Shown: positions 51,312-60,878 of the stretch, in pieces
How positions within the stretch are numbered: position 1 is the stretch's first letter
Layout: every line of letters begins with the position of its first letter
From: a bacterium
Lineage (GTDB): Bacteria; UBP18; UBA7526
DNA: 64,000 bases
Direction: 5' to 3'
Assembly (NCBI GenBank): GCA_030619985.1
Contig: JAUXAI010000002.1
Location: forward strand, 167-64,166
Position numbers and translations under genes: made by a program
Notes under the pieces: generated by a model
Seen by the model: only the letters and a program-made list of their open reading frames with translations
Databases searched by the model: none
Told to the model about the DNA's origin: nothing

Positions 51312-51336
51312 ACGGAAAAGGAGGAGGTGGAAAGAG

Positions 51337-51660
51337 ATGATTGTAACCACCACACCTACTATTGAGGGAAAGAAGATCCTGAAGTATCTGGGCATCGTTA
51401 CTGGGGAGGCCATCATGGGGGCCAACATCTTCAAGGACTTTTTTGCCTCCATCACTGACATCGTTGGAGGAAGAAGTGCCACTTATGAAAAGGAGCTTAG
51501 GCGGGCACAAGAAATAGCAACAAAGGAGATGGAGGAGAGGGCTCAGGAGAGAGGAGCAAATGCCATCATTGGGGTGGATCTTGACTATGAGGTACTTGGA
51601 AAATCGGGTAGTATGCTTATGGTTACCGTGAGCGGCACTGCGGTTCAGATTGAATATTAA
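51337..51660 (+). CDS. ybjQ: YbjQ/UPF0145 family protein
   Basis: [18 protein letters not shown]...[13 protein letters not shown]. Confidence 0.8.
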   Translation: MIVTTTPTIEGKKILKYLGIVTGEAIMGANIFKDFFASITDIVGGRSATYEKELRRAQEIATKEMEERAQERGANAIIGVDLDYEVLGKSGSMLMVTVSGTAVQIEY

Positions 51661-51692
51661 TGGCGATTTAGGATAAGGTAAGGAGGTAAAGG

Positions 51693-53069
51693 ATGGATCT
51701 TTTAATTAAGAATGGAAAGATAATAACAGCCTCTGAGGCCTATCGGGCCGATGTCGGTATCAGGGGAGGAAAGATCGTAGCAATTGGCAAGAACCTAAGG
51801 CCAAAGAAAGGAACTCAGGTCATCGATGCCCGGGGGAAGTTAGTCATGCCGGGAACCATTGACCCCCATGTCCACTGTGAGCTCCCCTTTTGTGGGACGG
51901 TCTCTGCCGACTTCTTTCTTGAGACGGCCTCTGCTGCGGCAGGAGGAATCACCACCATTATTGATTTTGCCATTCAGGCAAAAGGAACGAGCATGAAAGA
52001 GACCGTTAGGGCCAGGAAGAAATTAGCAGATCCCAAGGTGGCCATTGATTATGGGCTTCATGTAGGGATTACCGATTGGAAGAATAAAAGGACTCAGAAA
52101 GAATTGCCCGAAGTCATCAAGAGCGGCATCCCAACTTTTAAGATGTTCATGATCTACCGGGGGGAGGGATGGATGAGCGACGATGCTGACCTCTATGAGG
52201 CCTTAAGTTTAGTCAAGAGATACGGAGGAAGGATTGGAGTCCACGCAGAAAATGTTTATGTCACCGAAACCTTAACGGAAAAATATTTAAAAGATAAGAA
52301 ATTCGCTACCTATAACCATGCCCTCACCAGGCCGAACTTCACTGAAGGAGAAGCCATTCAGAGAGCCATCACCTTAGCCGAAGCAGCCCAGGGTTCTCTC
52401 TACATCGTCCATATGTCTACCAAAGAGGGGTTAGAAGCGGTAAGGGAGGGAAAAAAGAGAGGAGTAGACGTCTATGCCGAGACCTGCCCCCAGTACCTCT
52501 TCCTGACCGATGATCTATTCAAGAAGAAGAACGGGCACTGGTATGCCACCTGCCCTCCGATTAGAAAGAGAGCCGATTGTCTTGCTCTCTGGGAGGGGCT
52601 GGAGGAAGGGACGATACTCAACATGGGAACTGATACTTGCACCTTTAATACCAAGCAGAAGGCCCTCTGGAAGGGGGTCTTTGCCAAGATTCCCTTTGGC
52701 ATGCCGGGATTGGAAACCTTCCTGCCCATGATGTATACCGCTTGTGTGAAGCGAGGATGGAGCATTAATGACTTAGTAGCGATCACTTCCACCAATAGCG
52801 CCAAGATATTCGGTCTCTATCCTAAGAAGGGAACCATCGCCATCGGTTCTGATGCCGATCTGGTGATCCTCGATCCTAAGAAGCGGGTGACTATTTTACC
52901 CAAGAGGCTGCAGTCCACCTGTGACTGGAATCCTTATACCGGACGGAAGTTAGTGGGCTATCCAGTGATGACTATCTCCCGGGGAAGGATTATCGCTAAG
53001 GATGGCAAGTTTGTGGGAGAAAAAGGTTGGGGCCGATTTGTTCCCAGGAAGGCCTACGGCCGCATATAA
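51693..53069 (+). CDS. Dihydropyrimidinase / D-hydantoinase
   Basis: LLIKNGKI, GTIDPHVH and a KMFM-type carboxylated-Lys region are present, with cyclic amidohydrolase length. Confidence 0.8.
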   Translation: MDLLIKNGKIITASEAYRADVGIRGGKIVAIGKNLRPKKGTQVIDARGKLVMPGTIDPHVHCELPFCGTVSADFFLETASAAAGGITTIIDFAIQAKGTSMKETVRARKKLADPKVAIDYGLHVGITDWKNKRTQKELPEVIKSGIPTFKMFMIYRGEGWMSDDADLYEALSLVKRYGGRIGVHAENVYVTETLTEKYLKDKKFATYNHALTRPNFTEGEAIQRAITLAEAAQGSLYIVHMSTKEGLEAVREGKKRGVDVYAETCPQYLFLTDDLFKKKNGHWYATCPPIRKRADCLALWEGLEEGTILNMGTDTCTFNTKQKALWKGVFAKIPFGMPGLETFLPMMYTACVKRGWSINDLVAITSTNSAKIFGLYPKKGTIAIGSDADLVILDPKKRVTILPKRLQSTCDWNPYTGRKLVGYPVMTISRGRIIAKDGKFVGEKGWGRFVPRKAYGRI

Positions 53070-53250
53070 ACGCAGATGACCGCAGATCAAAACGCAGATG
53101 CCGGATGCGCTTCGCTGGCATCCGAGAGAGCATCAAATTGATTAATATTTGATCATCAACGGCGGAGAACGAAGTGCGCCGTTTAATATTAAGCAATGGC
53201 CGCAGATTTATCTGTGATTATCTGTACCTTTAATCTGTGAAGATCTGTGT
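53070..53250. repeat. Nested spacer: CGCAGAT words, three small hairpins, ATCTGTG words
   Basis: Inner hairpins are ggatgc-gcttcgctg-gcatcc, atcaaat..atttgat and aacggcg-gagaacgaagtg-cgccgtt. Confidence 0.75.
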
Positions 53251-53271
53251 TTGAAAAAAGAGGAGAGTGAA

Positions 53272-54615
53272 ATGACCAAAACAGAGGAGATGGTTAAGGC
53301 ATTAACAGAGCATACCTATGGTACCTGGAGACGGCAGGAGGGATGGAAAACACCACTATTTATCAAGGATGCCGAAGGGGTTTATATCTACGATGAGAAG
53401 AATAGGCCCATCCTCGATTTTTCCTCTCAACTGATGTGTTCCAATCTGGGCCATAAGAATAAGGTAATAATCGAGGCCATAGTAAAACAAGCGGAGAAGA
53501 TGCCCTACATAAGTCCGGGCTTTGCCTGTGAAATAAGGGCAAAAGCAACCGCGGCCCTACTCACTGTATTGCCTAAAGGCTTGGACCAAATCTTTTATTC
53601 TACCTCTGGCACGGAAGCCAATGAAGCAGCAATGAAGATAACCAGGCAATATATGTTTCCTAACTTCAAGGTCATCTCCAGATATCATTCCTATCATGGG
53701 GCTACCGCGGTAGGGGTCTCTTTGACCGGAGATACCAGAAGATTCTATGCCGAGAGGGCAAGATGTACTGTACCGGGCATCGTCTTTGCTCCCGATGTCT
53801 ACTGTTATCGCTGTCCCTTTGGATTAAAATATCCTGATTGTAATATCCAGTGTGTGGAATATCTGGACTATATGATTAAGGAAGAGGGGAATGTAGCAGC
53901 CATCTTTATAGAGCCGGTAGTGGGTACCAATGGTAAATTAGTTCCTCCCAAAGAATATCTTCCTCGATTAAAAGAGATCTGCGATGAGAATGGGATATTG
54001 CTCATTGCCGATGAAGTAATGAGTGGTTGGTATAGAACAGGCCCGGCCTGGGCTTTAGATAATTGGAATGTCAAGCCCGATATATTGACTACCGCCAAAG
54101 GATGTTCTGCGGCCTATGCTCCGGTGGGAGTTACGGCAACTACCAAAAAGATCAAGGACCATTTTGAAGATAAAGTCATGTGTCATGGCCATACCTATGC
54201 CATGCATCCCCTGGTCTTGGCAGCCATCCCAGCAGCAATAGCAGAGTATAAGAAACTCATGGCGAGTGGGCTTCCTAAGAAAGTCAGCAAGCATATGGAG
54301 AAGAAATTATCTGAATTGAAAAAGCGTCACGAATGCATCGGAGATGTAAGAGGAATCGGTCATTTCTGGGCCTTGGAATTAGTGAAGAATAGGAAGACGA
54401 GAGAGCCCTTCAATGTGAAGGCTGATAAGTTCACTACCAAGCCCATTATGACTGACAAGGTAGCAGCAGCAGCGTTGAAAAAGGGGCTATACATCGTTAG
54501 CTGGTATGACCACCTCTGTGTTGCCCCTCCTTTGATTATTACAGAAAAGCAAGTAGACGAAGGGATAGCAGTGCTTGATGAGGTATTGAAGATTGGGGAT
54601 CAAAACGCAGATTGA
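53272..54615 (+). CDS. Class III (omega) aminotransferase, candidate beta-alanine/beta-aminoisobutyrate aminotransferase
   Basis: STSGTEANE, YHG, IADEV..GW.RTG and TTAKG are present. The last codons (QNAD-stop) are encoded by CGCAGAT words. Confidence 0.75.
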   Translation: MTKTEEMVKALTEHTYGTWRRQEGWKTPLFIKDAEGVYIYDEKNRPILDFSSQLMCSNLGHKNKVIIEAIVKQAEKMPYISPGFACEIRAKATAALLTVLPKGLDQIFYSTSGTEANEAAMKITRQYMFPNFKVISRYHSYHGATAVGVSLTGDTRRFYAERARCTVPGIVFAPDVYCYRCPFGLKYPDCNIQCVEYLDYMIKEEGNVAAIFIEPVVGTNGKLVPPKEYLPRLKEICDENGILLIADEVMSGWYRTGPAWALDNWNVKPDILTTAKGCSAAYAPVGVTATTKKIKDHFEDKVMCHGHTYAMHPLVLAAIPAAIAEYKKLMASGLPKKVSKHMEKKLSELKKRHECIGDVRGIGHFWALELVKNRKTREPFNVKADKFTTKPIMTDKVAAAALKKGLYIVSWYDHLCVAPPLIITEKQVDEGIAVLDEVLKIGDQNAD

Positions 54616-54757
54616 CGCAGATGGCAAGGAGATTAAACGCAAAAGGACGCAGATGATCGCAGATTAAGGCACAGATAACAACACTGATACACACGGATTT
54701 ATCTGTGCAAATGCTTAATTATTTATGCTCTCTAGGATGCTAACGAAGTGCATCCTG
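54598..54757. repeat. CGCAGAT/CACAGAT word array plus ggatgc-taacgaagt-gcatcc hairpin
   Basis: aaaacgcagattgacgcagatgg..gacgcagatgatcgcagattaaggcacagataac..cacacggat. The hairpin is an inverted relative of the one at ~53105. Confidence 0.75.
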
Positions 54758-54808
54758 TAATCTGTATCCTTTAATCTGTGCTAATCTGTGATTATAAGGG
54801 AGTATAAA
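54758..54808 (+). promoter_or_regulatory. Conserved leader, copy 3 (diverges after TAAGG)
   Basis: taatctgtatcctttaatctgtgctaatctgtgattataagg is identical to copy 1. Precedes the fused DPD gene. Confidence 0.75.
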
Positions 54809-57427
54809 ATGAAATCTGCCAAAAGGAAGACTAATAAGATAGAAAACATTTTAGATATGGAGAAGGGTTTTGACCTTAGTCAGGCTATTATTGAAGCTTC
54901 AAGATGCTTGTTGTGTTATGATGCTCCCTGTAGTCAGGAATGTCCGGCTGATACTGACCCGGGAACTTTTATCAGAAAATTGCGATTAAGAGATATTAAG
55001 GGGGCGGTAAGGACCATTAAAGAAAACAATATTTTAGGGGGTATATGCGGGATTGTCTGTCCCAATGAAAAACTGTGTCAAAAGGCCTGCAGTGCAACTG
55101 AAATTGACCGACCCATTGAGATAGGAAAATTACAGAGATTCCTGGTGGAATACGCCTGGCAGACAGGTTTTAATCCCCTGGAAAAAGGTTCCAAGAGAAA
55201 ACAGAAAGTTGCCATTGTGGGCTCCGGGCCTGCGGGATTATCCTGCGCTGCTGAATTAGCCAAAGAAGGGTTTAACGTGACTGTTTTTGAATCAAGAGAG
55301 AAACCGGGTGGAGTGCTGCGATATGGTGTTCCGGAGTTCAGGTTGAACAGTGAATTTCTTGATAGAGAAATGGAAGATGTTAAGAAGCTTGGCGTTAAAA
55401 TTAAATGTAATTCTCGAATAGGAGCTAAAGGTGTTGATAATCTTATTAAAAAAGGATTTAAGGCGGTATTTATAGCGACCGGTCTCTGGAACCCCTATAA
55501 AATCAAGATACCGGGTTCTGACTTAAAAAACGTTACCACGGCTACCGAGTTTTTGAAAACCGTTCGTAATGGAAACAAAGGTAAGATTACCCGAATGGTC
55601 AAGAATAAGAACGTGGCTATTATTGGAGGCGGTTCGGTAGCAATGGATGTTGCCAATACCTGCAAAGGACTTGGCGCAAAAAAGGTATATTGTATATGTC
55701 TGGAAAGTTTGATAGAGATCCCTGCTGCTAAAGATGACCTCGAAATGGCAAGAGATAATTTCGTTATTATTAAACCCCAATGTCAGGTAACGGAAATAAT
55801 CGGGGAGAGGGGCCGGGTTGCGGGAGTAAAAGGGAACGAAACGGAATGGGTCAAACCAAATTTATTTATACCAGCAAATGCTCGGTCGGTATCAGGTACA
55901 GAATTCGATCTCAAAGTCAATACGGTTGTTATGGCAATTGGTTCAGGTCCGGAGGCGGGAATCAGGGATTTATCTTCAAAAATTAAGTATAAAAGGAATA
56001 ACCTGATAAACACGAAAAGGGACGGCATATCCACTGCGCATAAAAAGATTTTTGCCGGTGGAGATATAGTCAGGGGAGCGGCACTTGCCGTAGAGGCCGT
56101 GGCGGATGGAAAGGAAGCGGCAAAGAAGATAATCAGGAGTTTGAGTAAAACAAACATGCAGCTTACCGAAAGGATAAAAATGGCTAAAACGAAAGATCTA
56201 AGTATTGAGATGTGCGGGGTCAGGTTTCTCACACCGTTTTTATTATCTTCTTCACCGGTATCTAATACCGGGGAGATGATTGGAAGGGCGTTTGACCACG
56301 GGTTTGGCGGTGTTGCCTATAAAACCCTTGGCTTTGATAAAATAAAAATAATACATCCATCTCCCAGAATGGCAAAATACAATTATGGAAACGAAAAATT
56401 AGTTGGTCTTCAAAACGTTGAACAGATAACGGATAGACCGCTTAAAGATAATCTTCAGGATATTAAATACCTGAAGAAACACTGGCCAAAACACGTTGTT
56501 ATAGCAAGTCTTATGGGTTTTTCAGAATATGAATGGATTGAACTGGCAAAGATGGCTGAAGGAATTGGCTCAGATATGCTTGAACTGAATTTTTCCTGCC
56601 CCCACATGACAGTGGAAGGTGCAGGTATGAAGGTAGGGCAGGCGTTCGATCTTATAGAAAGGTTTACTGCTGCGGTAAGAAATGTTGTTAAAATACCGAT
56701 ACTGGCAAAAATGACCCCCAATATTACTGACATGATTGAGCCGGCATTATTCGCTAAAAAAGGTGGGGCAGATGGTATCACTGCAATTAACACTGTTCGC
56801 GCTCTTACTGAGATTGGACTGAACGATTATGTTCCTGAACCCAATATTGCCGGGAAGGGCGCAATAAGCGGATATTCGGGTCCGGCGGTTAAACCAATTG
56901 GTTTGAGGTTTATTGCGGAAATGGCCCAGTCTTCCGAATTAAATTTACCTCTTGTAGGTTGCGGGGGAATAGAGACCTGGATTGATGCGGTTGAATACCT
57001 GTTATGCGGGGCTTCTGTTGTTCAGATGACCACCGGTGTTATACATTATGGTCACCGGATTGTTGAAGATATGTGCGAGGGCCTTTCCGATTTTATGGAG
57101 GAAAAGGGGTATAAGAAAGTTAAGGATATTGTTGGCAAAGCATTGCCTCATATTCATCCCACAGATGCCTTTGATTTGAAACGTCAGGGAATTGCAGAAT
57201 TTGACCTTGACCGCTGCATTGGCTGCGGCCAGTGTTATATTGTCTGCCAGGATGCTGGGGGACAATCTCTTGAATGGGATGGTGAAAAACGAAGACCAAT
57301 TCAGGATGAAGAAAAATGTTTAAGCTGTATGATCTGCTCTTTTATATGTCCGGTAGATAATCCACCTATGATAACTTATAAAGAAGTTAAAAATAAAAAA
57401 CCGGTTGTTCCACCTGTGTCAAAATAA
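54809..57427 (+). CDS. Fused dihydropyrimidine dehydrogenase (PreT-like GltD module plus PreA-like DHODH module with C-terminal 2x[4Fe-4S])
   Basis: CLLCYDAPCSQECP, VAIVGSGPAGLSCAAELA, ELNFSCPH, and CIGCGQCYIVCQD with CLSCMICSFICP are present. Confidence 0.8.
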   Translation: MKSAKRKTNKIENILDMEKGFDLSQAIIEASRCLLCYDAPCSQECPADTDPGTFIRKLRLRDIKGAVRTIKENNILGGICGIVCPNEKLCQKACSATEIDRPIEIGKLQRFLVEYAWQTGFNPLEKGSKRKQKVAIVGSGPAGLSCAAELAKEGFNVTVFESREKPGGVLRYGVPEFRLNSEFLDREMEDVKKLGVKIKCNSRIGAKGVDNLIKKGFKAVFIATGLWNPYKIKIPGSDLKNVTTATEFLKTVRNGNKGKITRMVKNKNVAIIGGGSVAMDVANTCKGLGAKKVYCICLESLIEIPAAKDDLEMARDNFVIIKPQCQVTEIIGERGRVAGVKGNETEWVKPNLFIPANARSVSGTEFDLKVNTVVMAIGSGPEAGIRDLSSKIKYKRNNLINTKRDGISTAHKKIFAGGDIVRGAALAVEAVADGKEAAKKIIRSLSKTNMQLTERIKMAKTKDLSIEMCGVRFLTPFLLSSSPVSNTGEMIGRAFDHGFGGVAYKTLGFDKIKIIHPSPRMAKYNYGNEKLVGLQNVEQITDRPLKDNLQDIKYLKKHWPKHVVIASLMGFSEYEWIELAKMAEGIGSDMLELNFSCPHMTVEGAGMKVGQAFDLIERFTAAVRNVVKIPILAKMTPNITDMIEPALFAKKGGADGITAINTVRALTEIGLNDYVPEPNIAGKGAISGYSGPAVKPIGLRFIAEMAQSSELNLPLVGCGGIETWIDAVEYLLCGASVVQMTTGVIHYGHRIVEDMCEGLSDFMEEKGYKKVKDIVGKALPHIHPTDAFDLKRQGIAEFDLDRCIGCGQCYIVCQDAGGQSLEWDGEKRRPIQDEEKCLSCMICSFICPVDNPPMITYKEVKNKKPVVPPVSK

Positions 57428-57525
57428 AAAAGATGGAGATAGATATCTGCGGTTATCTGTGTATTCCATCTGTGATCATCTGTTTCTTTTAATCTGTGCT
57501 AATCTGTGAAGATTGTCGAACGGTA
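57428..57525 (+). repeat. ATCTGTG-word leader upstream of deoB
   Basis: tttaatctgtgctaatctgtgaagattgtcgaac matches island positions ~36348-36381 at 33/34 by my count. Confidence 0.75.
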
Positions 57526-57558
57526 GTGAGACTTATCTTGACCATTGAGGAGACGGGT

Positions 57559-58737
57559 GTGGGTGAGATTAATAGGGTTGTCTTAATTGTCCTGGATAGC
57601 GTGGGAGTAGGCGAGCTTCCCGATGCTGATAAGTTTGGGGATAAGGGTTCCAATACCTTGGGTCACATCGCCCAGGCGGTAGGGGGATTGTCCCTTCCTA
57701 ACCTGAGGTGGCTAGGGATAGGGAACATCATAGATATCAAAGGGGTTCCTCCCGTAGATAAACCCTGGGGAGCCTATGGAAAGATGGCTGAAATGAACCA
57801 TGAGAAGGCTACCACCTCTGGTCACTGGGAGATTGCGGGTCTCATCCTGAGGAAGAGATTTCCTACCTATCCTAAGGGTTTTCCGGAGGAGGTCATCAAG
57901 GCCTTCTCTAAGAAGATTGGCAGAGGAATTTTAGGGAATAAGAAGGCCTCGGGAACAGTAATCATTGAGGAGTATGCCTCAGAGCATATCGAGACCGGGA
58001 AACCAATTATCTATACCTCTGCGGATAGTGTCTTCCAGATCGCTGCCCATGAAGAGGTCATTCCCGTAGAGAAGCTCTATGAATTCTGTCGCATCGCAAG
58101 GAAGATGTTGACTGGGAAGTATAGTGTAGAAAGGGTTATCGCCCGACCATTCGTTGGTGAACTAGGATACTTAGTAAGAACAGATAGGAGGAAGGACTTC
58201 TCCGTTCCTCCTCCAGAGGCTACCCTTCTCGATCGCTTCAAGGAAAAGGGTTATCAAGTGATGGGGATCGGGAAGATCGGGGACATCTTCGCTGGTAAGG
58301 GATTGACAGAAGAGATTCACACCAAAGGAAATATGGATGGGGTGGATAAGCTGATCTCGGCTATGAAAGAGAAGAGCAGAGGCCTTATCTTCATCAATCT
58401 TGTGGACTTTGATTCTCTCTATGGCCATCGGAATAACCCCGAAGGGTATGCCAATGCTTTAGAGGCCTTCGATGCCCGCTTACCTCAGATCGTAGCCAAT
58501 CTCAGGGAGGACGATCTATTGATTTTGACTGCAGACCATGGCTGTGATCCCACCTTTCCCGGAACAGACCATACCAGGGAGTATGTTCTCCTCTTGGTTT
58601 ATGGCCAGAGAGCAAAGGGGGGCATAAACCTAGGGATCAGGGAGACCTTTGCCGATATCGCCCAGACCATCGCTGAGCTATTCGCTTTTGAACTCTTTAA
58701 AATAGGGAAGAGCTTCAAGAAGGAAATATTAGAATGA
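57559..58737 (+). CDS. deoB: Phosphopentomutase
   Basis: [28 protein letters not shown] and TADHGCDP are present. Start set to GTG 57559 after gaggag, because the ORF-track start lies in leader repeats. Confidence 0.85.
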   Translation: MGEINRVVLIVLDSVGVGELPDADKFGDKGSNTLGHIAQAVGGLSLPNLRWLGIGNIIDIKGVPPVDKPWGAYGKMAEMNHEKATTSGHWEIAGLILRKRFPTYPKGFPEEVIKAFSKKIGRGILGNKKASGTVIIEEYASEHIETGKPIIYTSADSVFQIAAHEEVIPVEKLYEFCRIARKMLTGKYSVERVIARPFVGELGYLVRTDRRKDFSVPPPEATLLDRFKEKGYQVMGIGKIGDIFAGKGLTEEIHTKGNMDGVDKLISAMKEKSRGLIFINLVDFDSLYGHRNNPEGYANALEAFDARLPQIVANLREDDLLILTADHGCDPTFPGTDHTREYVLLLVYGQRAKGGINLGIRETFADIAQTIAELFAFELFKIGKSFKKEILE

Positions 58738-59774
58738 GGAGGATCTCGCCCGCTCTGGTCCATAGCCTTCCCAAGTGTGACCTCCACGTCCATCTCGATG
58801 GCTCGGTGCGGGTGGGGACCATAAGGGATGCTGCGAATAAGATGGGGGTCAGGCTCCCTACTCAGGATTTGAAGGAATTGACAAAATATGTCCAGGTCCC
58901 GCCTGATTGCCGAAGCCTCTCCGACTTCCTTAAAGCCTTTGAGGTATTCTATCCTGTCCTGAAGGACCCGGAGATCTTGGAGAGGATCTCCTATGAGTTA
59001 TGTGAGGATGCTAGTAAAGAGAATATAAGGTATATGGAGGTGAGATTTGCTCCCGTGCTTCAGGTGAAGAAAGGCTTTCCTATGGTGGAGGTGGTCAAGA
59101 GCGTCCTTAAGGGTCTCAAGAGAGGAGAGAGGGATTTTAAAATAAGGACCCTCCTTTTATTATGCTGCTATCGCTCAGAACCTCCTATCACCTCCATCCA
59201 GACCGTTAATCTCGCCTTAAAGTATAAAGAGGATGGAGTAGCCGGGATTGACCTGGCAGGGGATGAAGCCCACTTCCCAGTGGGGGAAAGGAAGGAGGCC
59301 TTCCTCATCGCTAAGAAGAATGACCTCCCGGCCACGGTCCACGCGGGAGAGGCGGGAGGAGCGGAGAATATAAGGTTTGCCCTGGAGGCCCTGGGAGCCA
59401 GGCGCATCGGCCACGGGGTTCGCCTAAAAGAGGATCCCGATCTGTTAGAAAAAGTAAAAAGAGATAAGATCCCTTTGGAGATGTGTCTCACTTCCAATGT
59501 CCAAACCCAGGTAGTTAAAGAGTATGACCTTCACCCTTTTAGGGAATACTATGATCTGGGAATTCCGGTCACTATAAATACTGATGATCGAAGCGTATCC
59601 AACATCACCCTGACCAGCGAGATAATAAGGGCCATCGAGTACTATCAGCTCTCTTTAGAGGATATTAAGAGAATAACTTTAAACGGCATAGAGTATGCTT
59701 TTACCACTGAGAAAGAAAAGGGGGGTTTGAAGAAAAATTTTGAGAGAGAGTTTCAGGAGTTGGGAATAGACTAA
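58734..59774 (+). CDS. add: Adenosine deaminase
   Basis: [17 protein letters not shown] and TINTDD are present. ATGA overlap with deoB. Confidence 0.85.
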   Translation: MRRISPALVHSLPKCDLHVHLDGSVRVGTIRDAANKMGVRLPTQDLKELTKYVQVPPDCRSLSDFLKAFEVFYPVLKDPEILERISYELCEDASKENIRYMEVRFAPVLQVKKGFPMVEVVKSVLKGLKRGERDFKIRTLLLLCCYRSEPPITSIQTVNLALKYKEDGVAGIDLAGDEAHFPVGERKEAFLIAKKNDLPATVHAGEAGGAENIRFALEALGARRIGHGVRLKEDPDLLEKVKRDKIPLEMCLTSNVQTQVVKEYDLHPFREYYDLGIPVTINTDDRSVSNITLTSEIIRAIEYYQLSLEDIKRITLNGIEYAFTTEKEKGGLKKNFEREFQELGID

Positions 59775-59888
59775 AGCAGGCAGGTAAGCAAGTGATGAAA
59801 CGGAGATGCGGAGACACGGAGAAACGGGGAAGATCTCCGGTTCACCGGTTCCCCGATTCACCGTGTCATCTTCACGAGGAGAGAAAGT
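59775..59888. repeat. Word-repeat inverted repeat, ACGGAGA / TCACCG family
   Basis: gaaacggagatgcggagacacggagaaacgggga / tctccggttcaccggttccccgattcaccgtgtc. Confidence 0.75.
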
Positions 59889-60689
59889 ATGGGAAAGATA
59901 GAGGAGAGTGTAGAATTTATTCGTGGGAAGACGGATGTGAAGCCAGAGATTGGGATCATTTTGGGCTCTGGCCTGGGTTCATTGGCAGATGAGATGGAGG
60001 GGGTTAGCATACCCTATAAGGATATTCCTCACTTTCCAGTATCAAGGGTTCCGGGACATAAGGGGAATCTGGTCATGGGAGAACTGGAAGGGAAGAAAAT
60101 AGTAGCCATGCAGGGAAGAAGCCACTTCTATGAGGGCCATTCTCTAGATGAAATCACCTATCCCGTTAGGGTGATGAGGGAACTGGGAGCGACAGTCTTG
60201 CTGGTGACCAATGCTGGCGGAGGAATAGATAAGGACTTCAGACCTGGGAATTTAATGCTCATCATCGATCATATCAATTTCATGGGAGCAAACCCCTTGA
60301 GAGGAAGGAAAGAATTCGTTGATCTGACCTTCGCCTATGATAAAGAATTAATAGAACTAACAGAGCGAATAGCTAAGGATCAAGGAATCGAGATTAAGAA
60401 GGGGGTCTATATCGCAGTCCCTGGACCGAGCTATGAGACCCCTTCAGAGATCAAGGCTTTTGAGAAATTAGGGGCAGATGCCGTGGGTATGTCTACCATT
60501 CCTGAGGTCATCGTTGCCAAAAGCTTGGGGATGAGGGTTCTGGGCATCTCCTGTATTACCAATATGGCCGCTGGAATCTTGAAAAAGCCCCTAAGTCATG
60601 AAGAAGTTATTGAGACCACCAAGAAAGTAGAAGCCAAATTTAAGAAGTTAGTGAGAAAAATTATCACTAAAATACAGTTAACAAGTTGA
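59889..60689 (+). CDS. punA: Purine nucleoside phosphorylase (PunA type)
   Basis: GIILGSGLG, HFP.S.VPGH and QGR.HFYEG are present. The C-terminal IQLTS-stop is encoded by the AGTTGAC word repeat. Confidence 0.85.
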   Translation: MGKIEESVEFIRGKTDVKPEIGIILGSGLGSLADEMEGVSIPYKDIPHFPVSRVPGHKGNLVMGELEGKKIVAMQGRSHFYEGHSLDEITYPVRVMRELGATVLLVTNAGGGIDKDFRPGNLMLIIDHINFMGANPLRGRKEFVDLTFAYDKELIELTERIAKDQGIEIKKGVYIAVPGPSYETPSEIKAFEKLGADAVGMSTIPEVIVAKSLGMRVLGISCITNMAAGILKKPLSHEEVIETTKKVEAKFKKLVRKIITKIQLTS

Positions 60690-60858
60690 CAAGGATACAA
60701 GTTGACAAGATTGTCCAAAGCCGTTAGTAGTTGGATAAGGGTTAGGTGTTTAAAGACCAACTACCTAACCTAACAACCAAACTAACAACCTAACCTTAGC
60801 CCTAACCAAATGTTTTTTTATTCACTTATCAACTTATTGACTTATTAACTTGTCAACT
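60674..60858 (+). repeat. ~180-nt composite nested repeat, copy 1 (AGTTGAC outer, GGTTAGG/CCTAACC inner)
   Basis: Direct repeat of 63325-63500. Starts in the last codons of punA. Confidence 0.8.
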
Positions 60859-60878
60859 ATGTTTATTAGGAGATAAAA

